Source: Mycolicibacterium smegmatis (lineage in GTDB: Bacteria; Actinomycetota; Actinomycetes; Mycobacteriales; Mycobacteriaceae). From it: 32,000 nt of DNA. Position 1 is the first letter of the stretch; every line of letters begins with the position of its first letter. A program made the translations under genes and the position numbers. Below the pieces are notes generated by a model. That model was given only the letters and a program-made list of their open reading frames with translations. It made no database searches and had not been told where the DNA came from. The DNA lies in contig NZ_LN831039.1 of assembly GCF_001457595.1 (NCBI RefSeq), positions 5,100,001-5,132,000 of the forward strand, read 5' to 3'. Shown piece after piece: positions 18,963-28,938 of this stretch.

Positions 18963-19640
18963 ATGACGACCACACTGACTTCCGATCCGGTTTCCACTGT
19001 GCTGCACGGCCTTCTGCGCGCCGAACAGGACGGCGATGCGGCAGCGTTCGCCGAAGTGGGTGAATTCCCCCTCGACGCAGCTCCGGCCGAGCGGGCCGAA
19101 CTGCTCAAGAACGTGTACATGTCGGTCTCACAGACCGGCGGCGAACTGCTGTACCTGCTCGCCCGCGCCACCGGCGCACGCACCGTCGTGGAGTACGGCA
19201 CGTCGTTCGGGGTATCGACGATCTACCTGGCGAGCGCGGTGCGCGACAACGGTGGCGGCACCGTGATCACGACCGAACTGCAACCCGGCAAAGCCGCTGC
19301 GGCACAACACAGTTTTGACGCCGCCGGCCTCGGCGACCTGATCGACCTGCGCATCGGCGACGCGAGGGACACCCTGGCACAGGTGCCGCGACCGGTGGAC
19401 CTGGTGCTCCTCGACGGCTGGCCGGACCTGGCGCTGCCAGTGCTCGAGGTTCTCGAACCACACCTGCGTGCGGGCACGCTGATCCTGGTGGACGACGTCA
19501 ACCTCGACTTCGGCGGCCGCGATCTGCACGGCGCACTGCTCGACCATCTGGCGACATGCGGGCACTACCGGACGCTGACACTGCCGATCGGTGACGGCAT
19601 CGAGGCGTGCGTGCGCCTCACCGACGGCGCGAAAGGCTAA
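18963..19640 (+). CDS. SAM-dependent O-methyltransferase (type 3-like)
   Basis: VVEYGTSFGVSTIYLASAVRDNGGGTVITTELQPGKAAAAQHSF, DLVLLDGWPDL, GTLILVDDVN. Confidence 0.88.
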   Translation: MTTTLTSDPVSTVLHGLLRAEQDGDAAAFAEVGEFPLDAAPAERAELLKNVYMSVSQTGGELLYLLARATGARTVVEYGTSFGVSTIYLASAVRDNGGGTVITTELQPGKAAAAQHSFDAAGLGDLIDLRIGDARDTLAQVPRPVDLVLLDGWPDLALPVLEVLEPHLRAGTLILVDDVNLDFGGRDLHGALLDHLATCGHYRTLTLPIGDGIEACVRLTDGAKG

Positions 19641-22270
19641 CCGGTCAAGGCGATGTGGTGGGCGCCGTGCACGCTGGCGTACCGGTCCGGGCTGCAGGTC
19701 AGCACGATCACCTGCCCGTCACCACCCACCGCATCGAACACCGCACCCATCTTGGTCAACCGGTCGGCGTCGGTGAAGCCCAGCGCATCGTCGATGATCA
19801 CCGGCACGGTGTCCTCCTTGGCCACCAGAGAGGCCCCGGCCAGACGCGCGACGATCGCGAGTTGTTCTTTGGCACCGCCCGACAGCGACTCGTACGGCAC
19901 GGTGCGGCCCGACACCGTGCGCGTCGAGATGCGCAGCTTGCTGTCGACGTCGACCTCGAAGTCCTCGCCGAACACCAGGCGACCCAGGCGCTGCACCTCG
20001 TTGCGGAACGGGTCGACGTAGCGCTGACGCGTGGCGTCACGGTGCCGCGTCATCACCGACCGCAGCAGTTCGGCCGCGCGGGCACGCCGGTGCACCCGCA
20101 GGTACTCGGCGTTGGCGTGTTCGCGTTCGGTCTCGGCCTCGTCGAGTTGCCCCTTGCGCCCCTCGGTGCCGTACACCTTGAGTTGCGCGGACACCTCACG
20201 CAGGCCCTCCGTGGCAGCGTCGTGGCGGGTTTGCACACTCTGGGCGTGGCGCTGGGCGTCGGCGAGTTCGGCGAGCACCGAATCCGGTGCGCTGCGGTCC
20301 AATTCGTCGCACAGGGTCGCCACGCGCGCCGCGGTGGCCTTGGCCTGCTCGTCGTCGGCCTGCACCTTGAGCGCCAGCGCCTCGTCGGGAGTGCCGGCAC
20401 GCTGCGCCTCGAGGCGCGCACTGCACGTGGTCAACTCGGTCTGCGCGGCGGCGAGCTTCTCACGCAGCACACTCAGGCGCGTCGACTTCTCGGTGTCGCG
20501 CGCCGCGGCCACGGCCACGGCCTTGCGTGCGGTCTCGCAGTGTGCGACCGCTTCGCGGTGCGCGGCCACGTCCGCCGCGAGTTGGGCTCTGGCAGTATCG
20601 ATGTCGGCGGGACCCTCGACATCGAACAGTCCGCCGTCGTCGGTTTGGCCGGCACGCAGCGCGGCGAGGCGGTCGCGCAACCGCGCGATGTCGTCGTCAC
20701 CGACCAGCGCGTCGAGCGTCGCGCGCAACCGGTCACGGCTGCCGAGCAGTTCGCGCCTGCGCGCATCGAGTGCGCGGGCCGCGTCCACGCTCTCGGCGCC
20801 CACGGCCTGCAGCGCCGCGGTGAGCACGGCCTGCGCGTCGTCGAGGCGGGCCTGGGTCTCGGCCGCGGGCGTTCCCGGCACGACGCGCACGCTCAGCACA
20901 CCGGGCACGTCGATCTCGGTGCGGGTGGTGGTGCTGACCGACCACTCGGCGCCTGCCTGCAGCGCGACGGTGTCGTCGTCCACGCGAACGTCGAGACCGT
21001 TCTGGGCGACCAGTTCGATTCGCGCCGAGGCGAGTTCGGCCTGCCCGGCAGCGCGCTCGACCGCCAGCGCCGCCTTCTCGATGGCACGCATCGCGGTGTC
21101 GTCGAGCGTGATGGTCTTCAGCTCGCCGGTGACGGCCTGCAGCTCGCGCGTCGCGGTGTCGATCTTGGCCAGGCGCAGGTCGAGGCGGTCGGCCTCGTCG
21201 CGGTCGGACAGTCGCTCGACGGCCGCACGTGCCGCATCGACGCGGGCCTCGTGGTCGGCGACCGCGGCCTTGGCGCGCTCGGCCTCTTCCTCGGCGGCAG
21301 TGACCACCTCACGCGCGGTCTCGGCCTCCTCGGCAGCGGTGACCAGTGCGGCCTGTAACTCGGTGATGGTGGCGGCACGCTCATCGATCTCGGCGCGCAT
21401 GCGGCGGCGCTCGGTGAGCGCGGCGACCGACGCCGCGTGCGTGACGTGGGCGGCCTCGGCGACCACCTGGGCCTCTTTGAGCTGTTGGCGCAGCGCGTCC
21501 ACCGCATCGGCCGCGGTGCGCGCGGCGGTCAGCCGCTGCGTGGCCTGCTCGCACTCACCTGCGAGCCGCGACACCTCGGCGCTCAACTCCTGGTGCCGGT
21601 GCACCGCGTCGTCGACCTCGGCGACCGCGGCCGCGCACCGCGCCACCTCTGCGTCGGCGGCCTGCAGGCGTTTGACCGCCGCGGCCCACTCCCCCGTCGG
21701 CCTGCCCGTCGCGGTGAAGAACCGCTGATACTCGCCCTCGATGCGCTCGATGAGCAGCGGCTCGTCACCTGAGAGCGAAACCGCCTCGCCCGCAGCGACA
21801 TCGAGCGCCCGTGCGAGCGCGTCGGAACCCGACAGGTCGACCGGCGCGGTGGAGGAGGCCTGCAGCACACGCTGCGCCTGCCACAGATCGGTGTCGACGG
21901 TCTCGGCGAGCATCGCGAGCACGCGCTCGTGTGCCTCGTCACCGCTGAGCTGCTCACGCACCGGCGACAGGATGGTCAGCTGCGTCTCGGCGCGCTTGTG
22001 GAACCGCTTGCGGTACAGGAAACGATATGGGCCCGTGGAGATCTCGGCGGACACCTCGGCGCCCACATCGGCGTGCGTGGGCTTGACCTGCTTGACCTCC
22101 TTCTTCGACGACCGGTCCTTGGCCTCGATCAGCAGGTCCAGCGCCTCGATCATCGACGACTTGCCGATCTCGTTGGCGCCGCTGACCACCACCACACCGT
22201 GATCGGGAAACTCGATCTCGCGGTGGGTGATCCCGCGGTAGTTGGTCAGGACGAGACGATGCAGTTTCAC
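19637..22270 (-). CDS. SbcC/Rad50/YhaN-like coiled-coil ATPase (about 877 aa, GTG start), Rv1278-like
   Basis: VKLHRLVLTNYRGI..VVVVSGANEIGKSSMIEALDLL (Walker A), central coiled coil, YESLSGGAKEQLAIVARLA signature, VPVIIDDALGFTDADR Walker B. Longest ORF extends to 23032 but overlaps the nuclease gene. Confidence 0.88.
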   Translation of the reverse strand: MKLHRLVLTNYRGITHREIEFPDHGVVVVSGANEIGKSSMIEALDLLIEAKDRSSKKEVKQVKPTHADVGAEVSAEISTGPYRFLYRKRFHKRAETQLTILSPVREQLSGDEAHERVLAMLAETVDTDLWQAQRVLQASSTAPVDLSGSDALARALDVAAGEAVSLSGDEPLLIERIEGEYQRFFTATGRPTGEWAAAVKRLQAADAEVARCAAAVAEVDDAVHRHQELSAEVSRLAGECEQATQRLTAARTAADAVDALRQQLKEAQVVAEAAHVTHAASVAALTERRRMRAEIDERAATITELQAALVTAAEEAETAREVVTAAEEEAERAKAAVADHEARVDAARAAVERLSDRDEADRLDLRLAKIDTATRELQAVTGELKTITLDDTAMRAIEKAALAVERAAGQAELASARIELVAQNGLDVRVDDDTVALQAGAEWSVSTTTRTEIDVPGVLSVRVVPGTPAAETQARLDDAQAVLTAALQAVGAESVDAARALDARRRELLGSRDRLRATLDALVGDDDIARLRDRLAALRAGQTDDGGLFDVEGPADIDTARAQLAADVAAHREAVAHCETARKAVAVAAARDTEKSTRLSVLREKLAAAQTELTTCSARLEAQRAGTPDEALALKVQADDEQAKATAARVATLCDELDRSAPDSVLAELADAQRHAQSVQTRHDAATEGLREVSAQLKVYGTEGRKGQLDEAETEREHANAEYLRVHRRARAAELLRSVMTRHRDATRQRYVDPFRNEVQRLGRLVFGEDFEVDVDSKLRISTRTVSGRTVPYESLSGGAKEQLAIVARLAGASLVAKEDTVPVIIDDALGFTDADRLTKMGAVFDAVGGDGQVIVLTCSPDRYASVHGAHHIALTG

Positions 22271-23421
22271 GCGGCCCCCTTGTCGCGGTCGACCAGACGC
22301 AGCAACAACCCCAGCGCGGCACGCGCATCCTCGGCCTCGGCGGCCTCCGAGCGTGCCGTGGCCACGAGCTCGTCGACTGCGGCGGCGGCGAATCCGCCGA
22401 TCCCCAGGTCGTCGAACTCCCCGTCGGCCGGGATGACCGCGATGTCGGTGTGCCGCTCCCACGTGGTGAGCGCGGCGAAAAGCCGGGCGTAGCGGTCCAG
22501 GCACTCGTCGAGCTTGGCCTTGTCGGTCACGGTCAGTGAGCCCGTCAGGGCCAGGCGCACCACGGTGCGTTCCTTGTCGTCCAGCAGGTCCAGGTTGAGG
22601 TCCAGGTCGGCGATGTCGCGGTCGGTGTCGACCGAACGGCGCAGCGTCACGAACCGCCAGCGCCCCACCTTCTCGGACTCCACGCGCACCGCACGGCGCG
22701 CGTCGTTCTCGTCGATGTCGACCACCAGGACGTGACCGGGATCGGATTCGATGTCGTCGTAGTTGGTGACCTCGGGCGAGCCCGAGTACCACACCCGCCC
22801 GCTGCTGCCGACCTCGGTGCGGGAGTGCTTGTCCCCCAACGCCACGTAGTGCACCGCGCCGCGCGCCAGCGCGTCCTCGACGGCGGCCATGCGGATCAGC
22901 GACGGCTTGTTCTTGTCGGGATCGAGGATGTCCACGCCCCCATGCCCCACCAGCACGCGCGTGACGCCGTCGGCGGGCAGATCGGCCAGCACGTCGCCGA
23001 TGAGGTCGGAGGTGGGCGCCTTGGACCGCCACGGCGCCGCGACGATCTGCACGCCCGGGCGGACCTCGTGCACACCCGCGCGGTCGAGCACGACGACGTT
23101 GTCGGGGCGTTCGGCGACGAACAACGCGCTGGTGTACACCGACGACGCGTCGAGCGGATCGTGGTTGCCGGGCAGCAGGTACACCGGTACGCCGATGGCG
23201 CGCATGGCCTCAAGCGACTGGCTGACATCGCGCGGCGCGAGTTGGTTGTGCTCGAACACGTCACCGGACACCACCACGAACTCGGCACCCGTGCGCTTCG
23301 CGATCTCGCCGAGGCGCGCGACGGCCTCACGGCGCGAGGCCGAATACCGTGGCTGCGCCTCACCGTTGAGGAAGTGACGGGTCATCCCGAGCTGCCAGTC
23401 GGCGGTGTGCAGAAAACGCAT
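22267..23421 (-). CDS. SbcD/Mre11-like metallophosphoesterase (384 aa), Rv1277-like
   Basis: MRFLHTADWQLGM, VVVSGDVFEHN, YLLPGNHDPLD, VLVGHGGVDI, YVALGDKHSRTEV; 4-nt overlap with the ATPase gene. Confidence 0.9.
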   Translation of the reverse strand: MRFLHTADWQLGMTRHFLNGEAQPRYSASRREAVARLGEIAKRTGAEFVVVSGDVFEHNQLAPRDVSQSLEAMRAIGVPVYLLPGNHDPLDASSVYTSALFVAERPDNVVVLDRAGVHEVRPGVQIVAAPWRSKAPTSDLIGDVLADLPADGVTRVLVGHGGVDILDPDKNKPSLIRMAAVEDALARGAVHYVALGDKHSRTEVGSSGRVWYSGSPEVTNYDDIESDPGHVLVVDIDENDARRAVRVESEKVGRWRFVTLRRSVDTDRDIADLDLNLDLLDDKERTVVRLALTGSLTVTDKAKLDECLDRYARLFAALTTWERHTDIAVIPADGEFDDLGIGGFAAAAVDELVATARSEAAEAEDARAALGLLLRLVDRDKGAA

Positions 23422-23535
23422 CGGCCCCGTCCCCTCTCCTTGCTTGTCGATCGGGCTTCTCGATCAGGCAAGGCGAGTGTATGGCCGGGGACCGACAAGT
23501 ACCGGGACCTGCGTCGGCATGGCATCGTGATCCCC

Positions 23536-24036
23536 ATGGCAACCCTGCTGCTGATGCGTCACGCCAAGTCGGACTATCCCGACGGTGTCGTCGACCATGA
23601 GCGTCCCCTCGCACCACGCGGTGTCCGGGAGGCGGCGCTGGCCGGCGACTGGATCCGTGCCAACGCACCGGGAATCGACGCGGTGCTGTGCTCGACGGCC
23701 ACCAGGACGCGCCAGACACTGGCGCGCACGGGAATCGACGCGCCCACCGAATACGTCGAGAAGATCTACGACGCGGTGCCGGGAACGGTGATCGGCGAGA
23801 TCAACGACGTGGTGTCACGCTTCGGCACGCAACCCGACACGGTGCTGGTGGTCGGGCACGAGCCCGCGATGTCGTCGGTCGCGCTCGGCCTCGACGACGG
23901 TTCGAACGTCGCGGTGGCCGAGGAGATCTCGCAGAAGTTCCCCACGTCGGCGATCGCGGTGCTGCGGTTCGACGGGCCGTGGGACGAATTGGCGCTGGGC
24001 GGCGCGCAACTCGTGACCTTCCACGTACCCCGCTAG
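23536..24036 (+). CDS. SixA-like histidine phosphatase (166 aa), Rv1276c-like
   Basis: MATLLLMRHAKSDYPDG (RHG-type motif), LCSTATRTRQTL, VLVVGHEPAMS. Confidence 0.88.
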   Translation: MATLLLMRHAKSDYPDGVVDHERPLAPRGVREAALAGDWIRANAPGIDAVLCSTATRTRQTLARTGIDAPTEYVEKIYDAVPGTVIGEINDVVSRFGTQPDTVLVVGHEPAMSSVALGLDDGSNVAVAEEISQKFPTSAIAVLRFDGPWDELALGGAQLVTFHVPR

Positions 24037-24593
24037 CTGTTGGTCGCGAGCGTGAGCTCCATGAGCTTGATGGCCATGCCGCACGCGTCGAGACCCGGCG
24101 CCTGCGGGTTGACCCACCAGCCGACCACGCCCGCGGCGTCGCTGGCCACTCCGCACGCGCCGTTGAGGCCGTTGGGTTTCATGACGATCGAATCGACGCC
24201 CGCGATGCGGCGCGACTCGATGGCGTACTGCAGCTGCTGGGCGACCTGACGCTCGTTGTCCAGGCTGCCCTGCTCGTACCAGAAGCGGGTGATGTCCACC
24301 AGGCCCGCGGGATTCGCGGCCTGCCACCGGCACACCGCGCCCACGAACGTGCTCTGGATGTCGAGCGGATCGGCACCGACCGTCTCGGCCAGGATGTCCT
24401 CGGTGAGCACCTCGCACTCCTTGAGCAGGTTGGGGTACTGCCGCTCGGAGTTGTTGTTGCTCGGCCCGCCGCCGGAGCCCTCCTTGGCGGCGGTTCCCTC
24501 GATCGTGCGGCTGCAGCCGGTCAACCCGGCGAGCACCGCCAGGCCGGTGGCGAGCGCAGCGACACTTCTGCGCAGCGTGGTTGGGCGACTCAT
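24033..24593 (-). CDS. lprC: DUF3558-like lipoprotein (LprC-like, 186 aa)
   Basis: Lipobox LAGLTGCS; position relative to the SixA-like and LprB-like genes as in M. tuberculosis (from memory). Confidence 0.75.
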   Translation of the reverse strand: MSRPTTLRRSVAALATGLAVLAGLTGCSRTIEGTAAKEGSGGGPSNNNSERQYPNLLKECEVLTEDILAETVGADPLDIQSTFVGAVCRWQAANPAGLVDITRFWYEQGSLDNERQVAQQLQYAIESRRIAGVDSIVMKPNGLNGACGVASDAAGVVGWWVNPQAPGLDACGMAIKLMELTLATNS

Positions 24594-25171
24594 TTGGAAT
24601 TCACAATCGACTGGCGGGTGAGCTCCTTGGCCACCTCACACGGATCCGGGAAAGGCTTCTGGCTGTAGCTGACCGACCATTCGATGAAGTCGTCGTCGAA
24701 CTGGATGCCGATCTCGCACAGCGTGACGTCACCGGGCTTCAGCGGATCCTCGCCGACCGCGATGAAACCGCCGTGCCCCTCGATGTTGATGTCCTCGACG
24801 CTGGCGCGGGACAGTTCCTCGGTCTTGCGCTCACGGCCGATCGGGCTGCCCCGGAACCACGTGAACGAGAAGTGCGGGCCCAGGATGCTGCCACCTTGGA
24901 GCCACTGGCAGCCCGACGAGTTGGTGGCAGTGTTGACCAGTCCGGGCACCTGCGTCAGCTCGGACACGGTCTGGTCGCTGATGCCGCCGCACTGCGGGAA
25001 GAACGGGCCGTGCGTGGGTGCGCCTGCGCTCGGCGATTCGCTCTGCGGTACCTCGGGGGATGCGGGTTCGTCGGTGGAGCACGCGGCGAACACCGGAACC
25101 ATTGCGGCCGCCAGAACCGCCAACGTTCTGGCGCTGCGGGCTTTCGGCGAAGCGGCCGTACGGACTGTCAC
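24590..25171 (-). CDS. lprB: DUF3558-like lipoprotein (LprB-like, about 193 aa, GTG start)
   Basis: VTVRTAASPKARSARTLAVLAAAMVPVFAACSTDEP lipobox, CGGISDQTVSELTQVPGL..SGCQW. Start may be GTG 25171 or 25180. Confidence 0.75.
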   Translation of the reverse strand: MTVRTAASPKARSARTLAVLAAAMVPVFAACSTDEPASPEVPQSESPSAGAPTHGPFFPQCGGISDQTVSELTQVPGLVNTATNSSGCQWLQGGSILGPHFSFTWFRGSPIGRERKTEELSRASVEDINIEGHGGFIAVGEDPLKPGDVTLCEIGIQFDDDFIEWSVSYSQKPFPDPCEVAKELTRQSIVNSK

Positions 25172-25306
25172 GCCATGCACTGTAGCGGCAGCCGTGGGCA
25201 CCAACCACCGACAGGCCGATTGACCAGCACTTTCCACGTCACAGCAATCGCCTGTGACGTACCGAGGGTGCGCGGTGAACTCAGGATCGTGTGCGAGAGT
25301 AGCGGG

Positions 25307-27043
25307 ATGCTCTGGGCGCTGCTGCGACAGTACGTGCGGCCGTACCGGTGGCTTTTGGCCGTCGTCGCCGTGTTGCAGGTCATCAGCAACATGGCGTCGC
25401 TGTACCTGCCGACGGTGAACGCCGCGATCATCGACGACGGCGTCGCCAAGGGCGACACGGCCCGCATCGTCGAACTCGGCGCGGTGATGCTCGGGGTCAC
25501 CGCACTGCAGGTGGTGTGCGCGGTCGGTGCGGTGTTCTTCGGGGCCCGCGCGGCGACGGGCTTCGGCCACGACCTGCGGGCCGCGGTCTTCACGCATGTC
25601 ACCACGTTTTCGGCCGAGGAGGCCGGGCGCTTCGGCGCGGCGTCGCTGCTGACCCGCACCACCAACGACGTCGGGCACATCCAGCAGTTGGTGCAGTTGA
25701 CCGTGACCATGCTGATCACCGCGCCCATCATGTCGATCGGCGGCATCTTCATGGCGCTGCACCAGGACGCCGGGCTGTCGTGGCTGCTGCTGGTGAGTGT
25801 GCCGGTGCTGGGCCTGGCGAACTACTGGATCATCCGCCACCTCATGCCGGTGTTCACCCGCATGCAGTCGCTCATCGACGGCATCAACCGCGTGCTGCGT
25901 GACCAGTTGTCGGGCATCCGGGTGATCCGGGCGTTCGCGCGTGAACCGCTGGAACGCGTGCGCTTCGCCGAGGCCAACCAGACGCTGTCGGACTCCGCGC
26001 TGGAGGCCGGCCGCTGGCAGGCGCTAATGCTCCCGGTGACCACGCTGGTGATCAACGTCTCCAGCGTCGCGCTGATCTGGTTCGGCGGCCTGCGCATCGA
26101 CGCGGGCCAGATGCAGGTGGGATCGCTCATCGCGTTCCTGGCCTACTTCATGCAGATCCTCATGGCCGTGCTGATGGCCACGTTCATGCTGGTGATCTTC
26201 CCGCGTGCGGCCGTGTGCGCCGACCGCATCGGCGAGGTGCTCTCGACGCAGACCGCGATCACCAACCCGGCCGATCCCGTTCGGCCCGCGGCCATCGCCG
26301 GTGACATCGGCGTGCACGACGCCACGTTCTGCTATCCGGGCGCCGACCGGCCCGTACTGCAGGACGTGTCGTTCACCGTGCCGCGCGGCACCACGACCGC
26401 GGTGGTCGGTTCGACCGGTTCGGGCAAGTCGACGCTGATCTCGCTGATCTGCCGGCTCTACGACGTCACCTCGGGATCGCTGCGCATCGACGGTGTCGAC
26501 GTGCGCGACCTGGACATCGAGCAACTGTGGTCGGCGATCGGCCTGGTGCCGCAGCGCGGATACCTGTTCTCGGGCACCGTCGCCGAGAACCTGCGCTACG
26601 GCAGGGCCGACGCGACCGACGACGAGATGTGGGAAGCACTGCGCGTCGCGGCCGCCGCGGACTTCGTGCGCGCACACCCGCAGGGCCTGGACATGCCGGT
26701 GGCGCAGGGCGGCATCAACTTCTCGGGTGGGCAGCGGCAGCGTCTCGCGATCGCGCGTGCGGTGATCCGCCGTCCGGCGATCTACCTGTTCGACGACGCG
26801 TTCTCGGCGCTCGACGTGCACACCGACGCCCGCGTGCGCGACGCGCTGCGCGAGGTGGCCGCCGACGCGACGGTCGTGATCGTGTCGCAGCGCATATCGA
26901 CCGTCATCGAGGCCGATCAGGTGGTCGTGATCGACGACGGCCGCGTCGTCGGCATCGGCACCCACGACACGCTGCTGGCGGACTGCCCCATCTACGCCGA
27001 GTTCGCCGAATCCCAGGCGCTCACCGCCGGAGAACCACGGTGA
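25307..27043 (+). CDS. ABC exporter half-transporter (TMD-NBD), Rv1273c-like, 578 aa
   Basis: Six-TM domain then Walker [10 protein letters not shown], signature NFSGGQRQR, Walker [15 protein letters not shown]-loop SALD. Confidence 0.92.
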   Translation: MLWALLRQYVRPYRWLLAVVAVLQVISNMASLYLPTVNAAIIDDGVAKGDTARIVELGAVMLGVTALQVVCAVGAVFFGARAATGFGHDLRAAVFTHVTTFSAEEAGRFGAASLLTRTTNDVGHIQQLVQLTVTMLITAPIMSIGGIFMALHQDAGLSWLLLVSVPVLGLANYWIIRHLMPVFTRMQSLIDGINRVLRDQLSGIRVIRAFAREPLERVRFAEANQTLSDSALEAGRWQALMLPVTTLVINVSSVALIWFGGLRIDAGQMQVGSLIAFLAYFMQILMAVLMATFMLVIFPRAAVCADRIGEVLSTQTAITNPADPVRPAAIAGDIGVHDATFCYPGADRPVLQDVSFTVPRGTTTAVVGSTGSGKSTLISLICRLYDVTSGSLRIDGVDVRDLDIEQLWSAIGLVPQRGYLFSGTVAENLRYGRADATDDEMWEALRVAAAADFVRAHPQGLDMPVAQGGINFSGGQRQRLAIARAVIRRPAIYLFDDAFSALDVHTDARVRDALREVAADATVVIVSQRISTVIEADQVVVIDDGRVVGIGTHDTLLADCPIYAEFAESQALTAGEPR

Positions 27044-28932
27044 GCGGGCCGCTGATGCGCCGCGGCGCGCTGCCGCAGGCCCCGCTCGAGCGCACCCGCG
27101 ACTTCAAGGGTTCGGCGATCCGGCTCGCGAGACGTCTGCTGCCGCAACGTGCGCTGACACTCGCGGTGATCCTGCTGGGCGTCGGTGGCATCGCGATCGG
27201 CGTGATCGGTCCGCGGATCCTGGGCCACGCCACCGATCTGCTGTTCAACGGTGTGATCGGGCGTGAACTGCCCGCGGGGCTCACCAAGGAGCAGGCCGTC
27301 GAGGCCGCGCGCGCCCGCGGCGACGGGACGTTCGCGGATCTGCTGTCGGGCATGGACATCGTGCCCGGTCAAGGCGTGGACTTCGGCGCCGTGGGCCGCA
27401 CGCTGGCGCTCGCACTGGGCCTGTATCTCGTTGCCGCGCTGCTGGTCTGGGTGCAGGCGCGGCTGCTCAACGTCACGGTGCAGCGCACCATGGTGGCACT
27501 GCGCGCCGAGGTGCAGGAGAAGATCCACCGGTTGCCGTTGTCCTACTTCGACTCCCGCCAGCGCGGCGAGGTGCTCAGCCGCGTCACCAACGACGTCGAC
27601 AACATCCAGAACTCGGTGGCGATGACCATCAGCCAGTTGCTCACCTCGGTGCTGACGGTGTTCGCGGTGCTGGTCATGATGCTGACCATCTCACCGCTGC
27701 TCACCCTGTTCACCGTGGTCACGGTGCCCGCGTCGCTGTGGGTGACGCGGTGGATCACGCGTCGTTCGCAACCGCTGTTCGTCGCGCAGTGGCGCAACAC
27801 CGGACGCCTGGCCGCGCACCTCGAAGAGACCTACAGCGGTTTCACGATCGTCAAGACGTTCGGGCACCGCGAGGCCGCGGCAGGCAAGTTCGCGGAACTG
27901 AACTCCGAGACGCAGCAGTCGAGTTTCGGCGCGCAGTTCTTCTCGGGTCTCGTGTCGCCCGCGACGATGTTCATCGGCAACCTCAGCTACGTGGCCGTCG
28001 CGGTCGTCGGCGGCCTGCAGGTGGCCACCGGGCAGATCACGCTCGGCAGCATCCAGGCGTTCATCCAGTACGTGCGGCAGTTCAACCAGCCGCTCACGCA
28101 GGTCGCGGGCATGTACAACACGCTGCAGTCCGGGATCGCCAGCGCCGAGCGGGTTTTCGACCTGCTCGACACCGAGGAGGAATCCGCCGACTCACCTCGT
28201 CGCGCCGACGTGCGCACGGGCCGCGTGGAATTCGAGCACGTGAGCTTCTCCTATGTGCCGGGCACCCCGGTGATCGAGGATCTGTCGCTCGTGGCCGAAC
28301 CGGGCAACACGGTCGCGATCGTGGGGCCGACCGGCGCGGGCAAGACCACGCTGGTGAATCTGTTGATGCGGTTCTACGACGTGGATTCCGGCCGCATCAC
28401 GATCGACGGCGTCGACATCGCCTCGGTGAGCCGCGAATCGCTGCGCGCGTCGATCGGCATGGTCCTGCAGGACACGTGGCTGTTTGCGGGCACGATCTAC
28501 GACAACATCGCCTACGGCAGGCCCGACGCCGACGAGGACGAGGTGATCGAGGCGGCCACCGCGGCGTACGTCGACCGGTTCGTGCACACCCTGCCCAATG
28601 GTTACGACACCCGCGTCGACGACGACGGCGGCGCGATCAGCGCAGGCGAGAAGCAGTTGATCACGATCGCGCGCGCGGTGCTGGCCCGGCCGAAACTGCT
28701 GGTGCTCGACGAGGCCACGAGTTCGGTGGACACGCGCACCGAACTGCTGATCGCGCATGCCATGGCCGAACTGCGCCGCGACCGCACGAGTTTCATCATC
28801 GCGCACCGGCTCTCGACGATCCGTGACGCGGATCTGATCCTCGTGATGGATTCCGGGCGGATCATCGAGCGCGGCACACACGAGGAACTGCTCGCGCGCC
28901 ACGGCAGGTACTGGGAGATGACCCGGGTCTGA
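27040..28932 (+). CDS. ABC exporter half-transporter (TMD-NBD), Rv1272c-like, 630 aa, GTG start
   Basis: Walker [10 protein letters not shown], degenerate signature AISAGEKQL, Walker [14 protein letters not shown]-loop IIAHRLST; GTGA overlap with the preceding half-transporter. Confidence 0.92.
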   Translation: MSGPLMRRGALPQAPLERTRDFKGSAIRLARRLLPQRALTLAVILLGVGGIAIGVIGPRILGHATDLLFNGVIGRELPAGLTKEQAVEAARARGDGTFADLLSGMDIVPGQGVDFGAVGRTLALALGLYLVAALLVWVQARLLNVTVQRTMVALRAEVQEKIHRLPLSYFDSRQRGEVLSRVTNDVDNIQNSVAMTISQLLTSVLTVFAVLVMMLTISPLLTLFTVVTVPASLWVTRWITRRSQPLFVAQWRNTGRLAAHLEETYSGFTIVKTFGHREAAAGKFAELNSETQQSSFGAQFFSGLVSPATMFIGNLSYVAVAVVGGLQVATGQITLGSIQAFIQYVRQFNQPLTQVAGMYNTLQSGIASAERVFDLLDTEEESADSPRRADVRTGRVEFEHVSFSYVPGTPVIEDLSLVAEPGNTVAIVGPTGAGKTTLVNLLMRFYDVDSGRITIDGVDIASVSRESLRASIGMVLQDTWLFAGTIYDNIAYGRPDADEDEVIEAATAAYVDRFVHTLPNGYDTRVDDDGGAISAGEKQLITIARAVLARPKLLVLDEATSSVDTRTELLIAHAMAELRRDRTSFIIAHRLSTIRDADLILVMDSGRIIERGTHEELLARHGRYWEMTRV

Positions 28933-28938
28933 GCTCCC

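Noticed and set aside
22270-23032. N-terminal extension of the SbcC-like ORF (to 1131 aa)
   Set aside because: The extension is an Arg-rich shadow of the SbcD-like gene; the conserved N-terminus VKLHRLVLTNYRG begins at the GTG at 22270.
23448-23469. Direct repeat TCGATCGGGC/TCGATCAGGC in the SbcD-like/SixA-like divergent region
   Set aside because: Only two short GC-rich copies with one mismatch; could be chance. No supporting dyad or regulator evidence.
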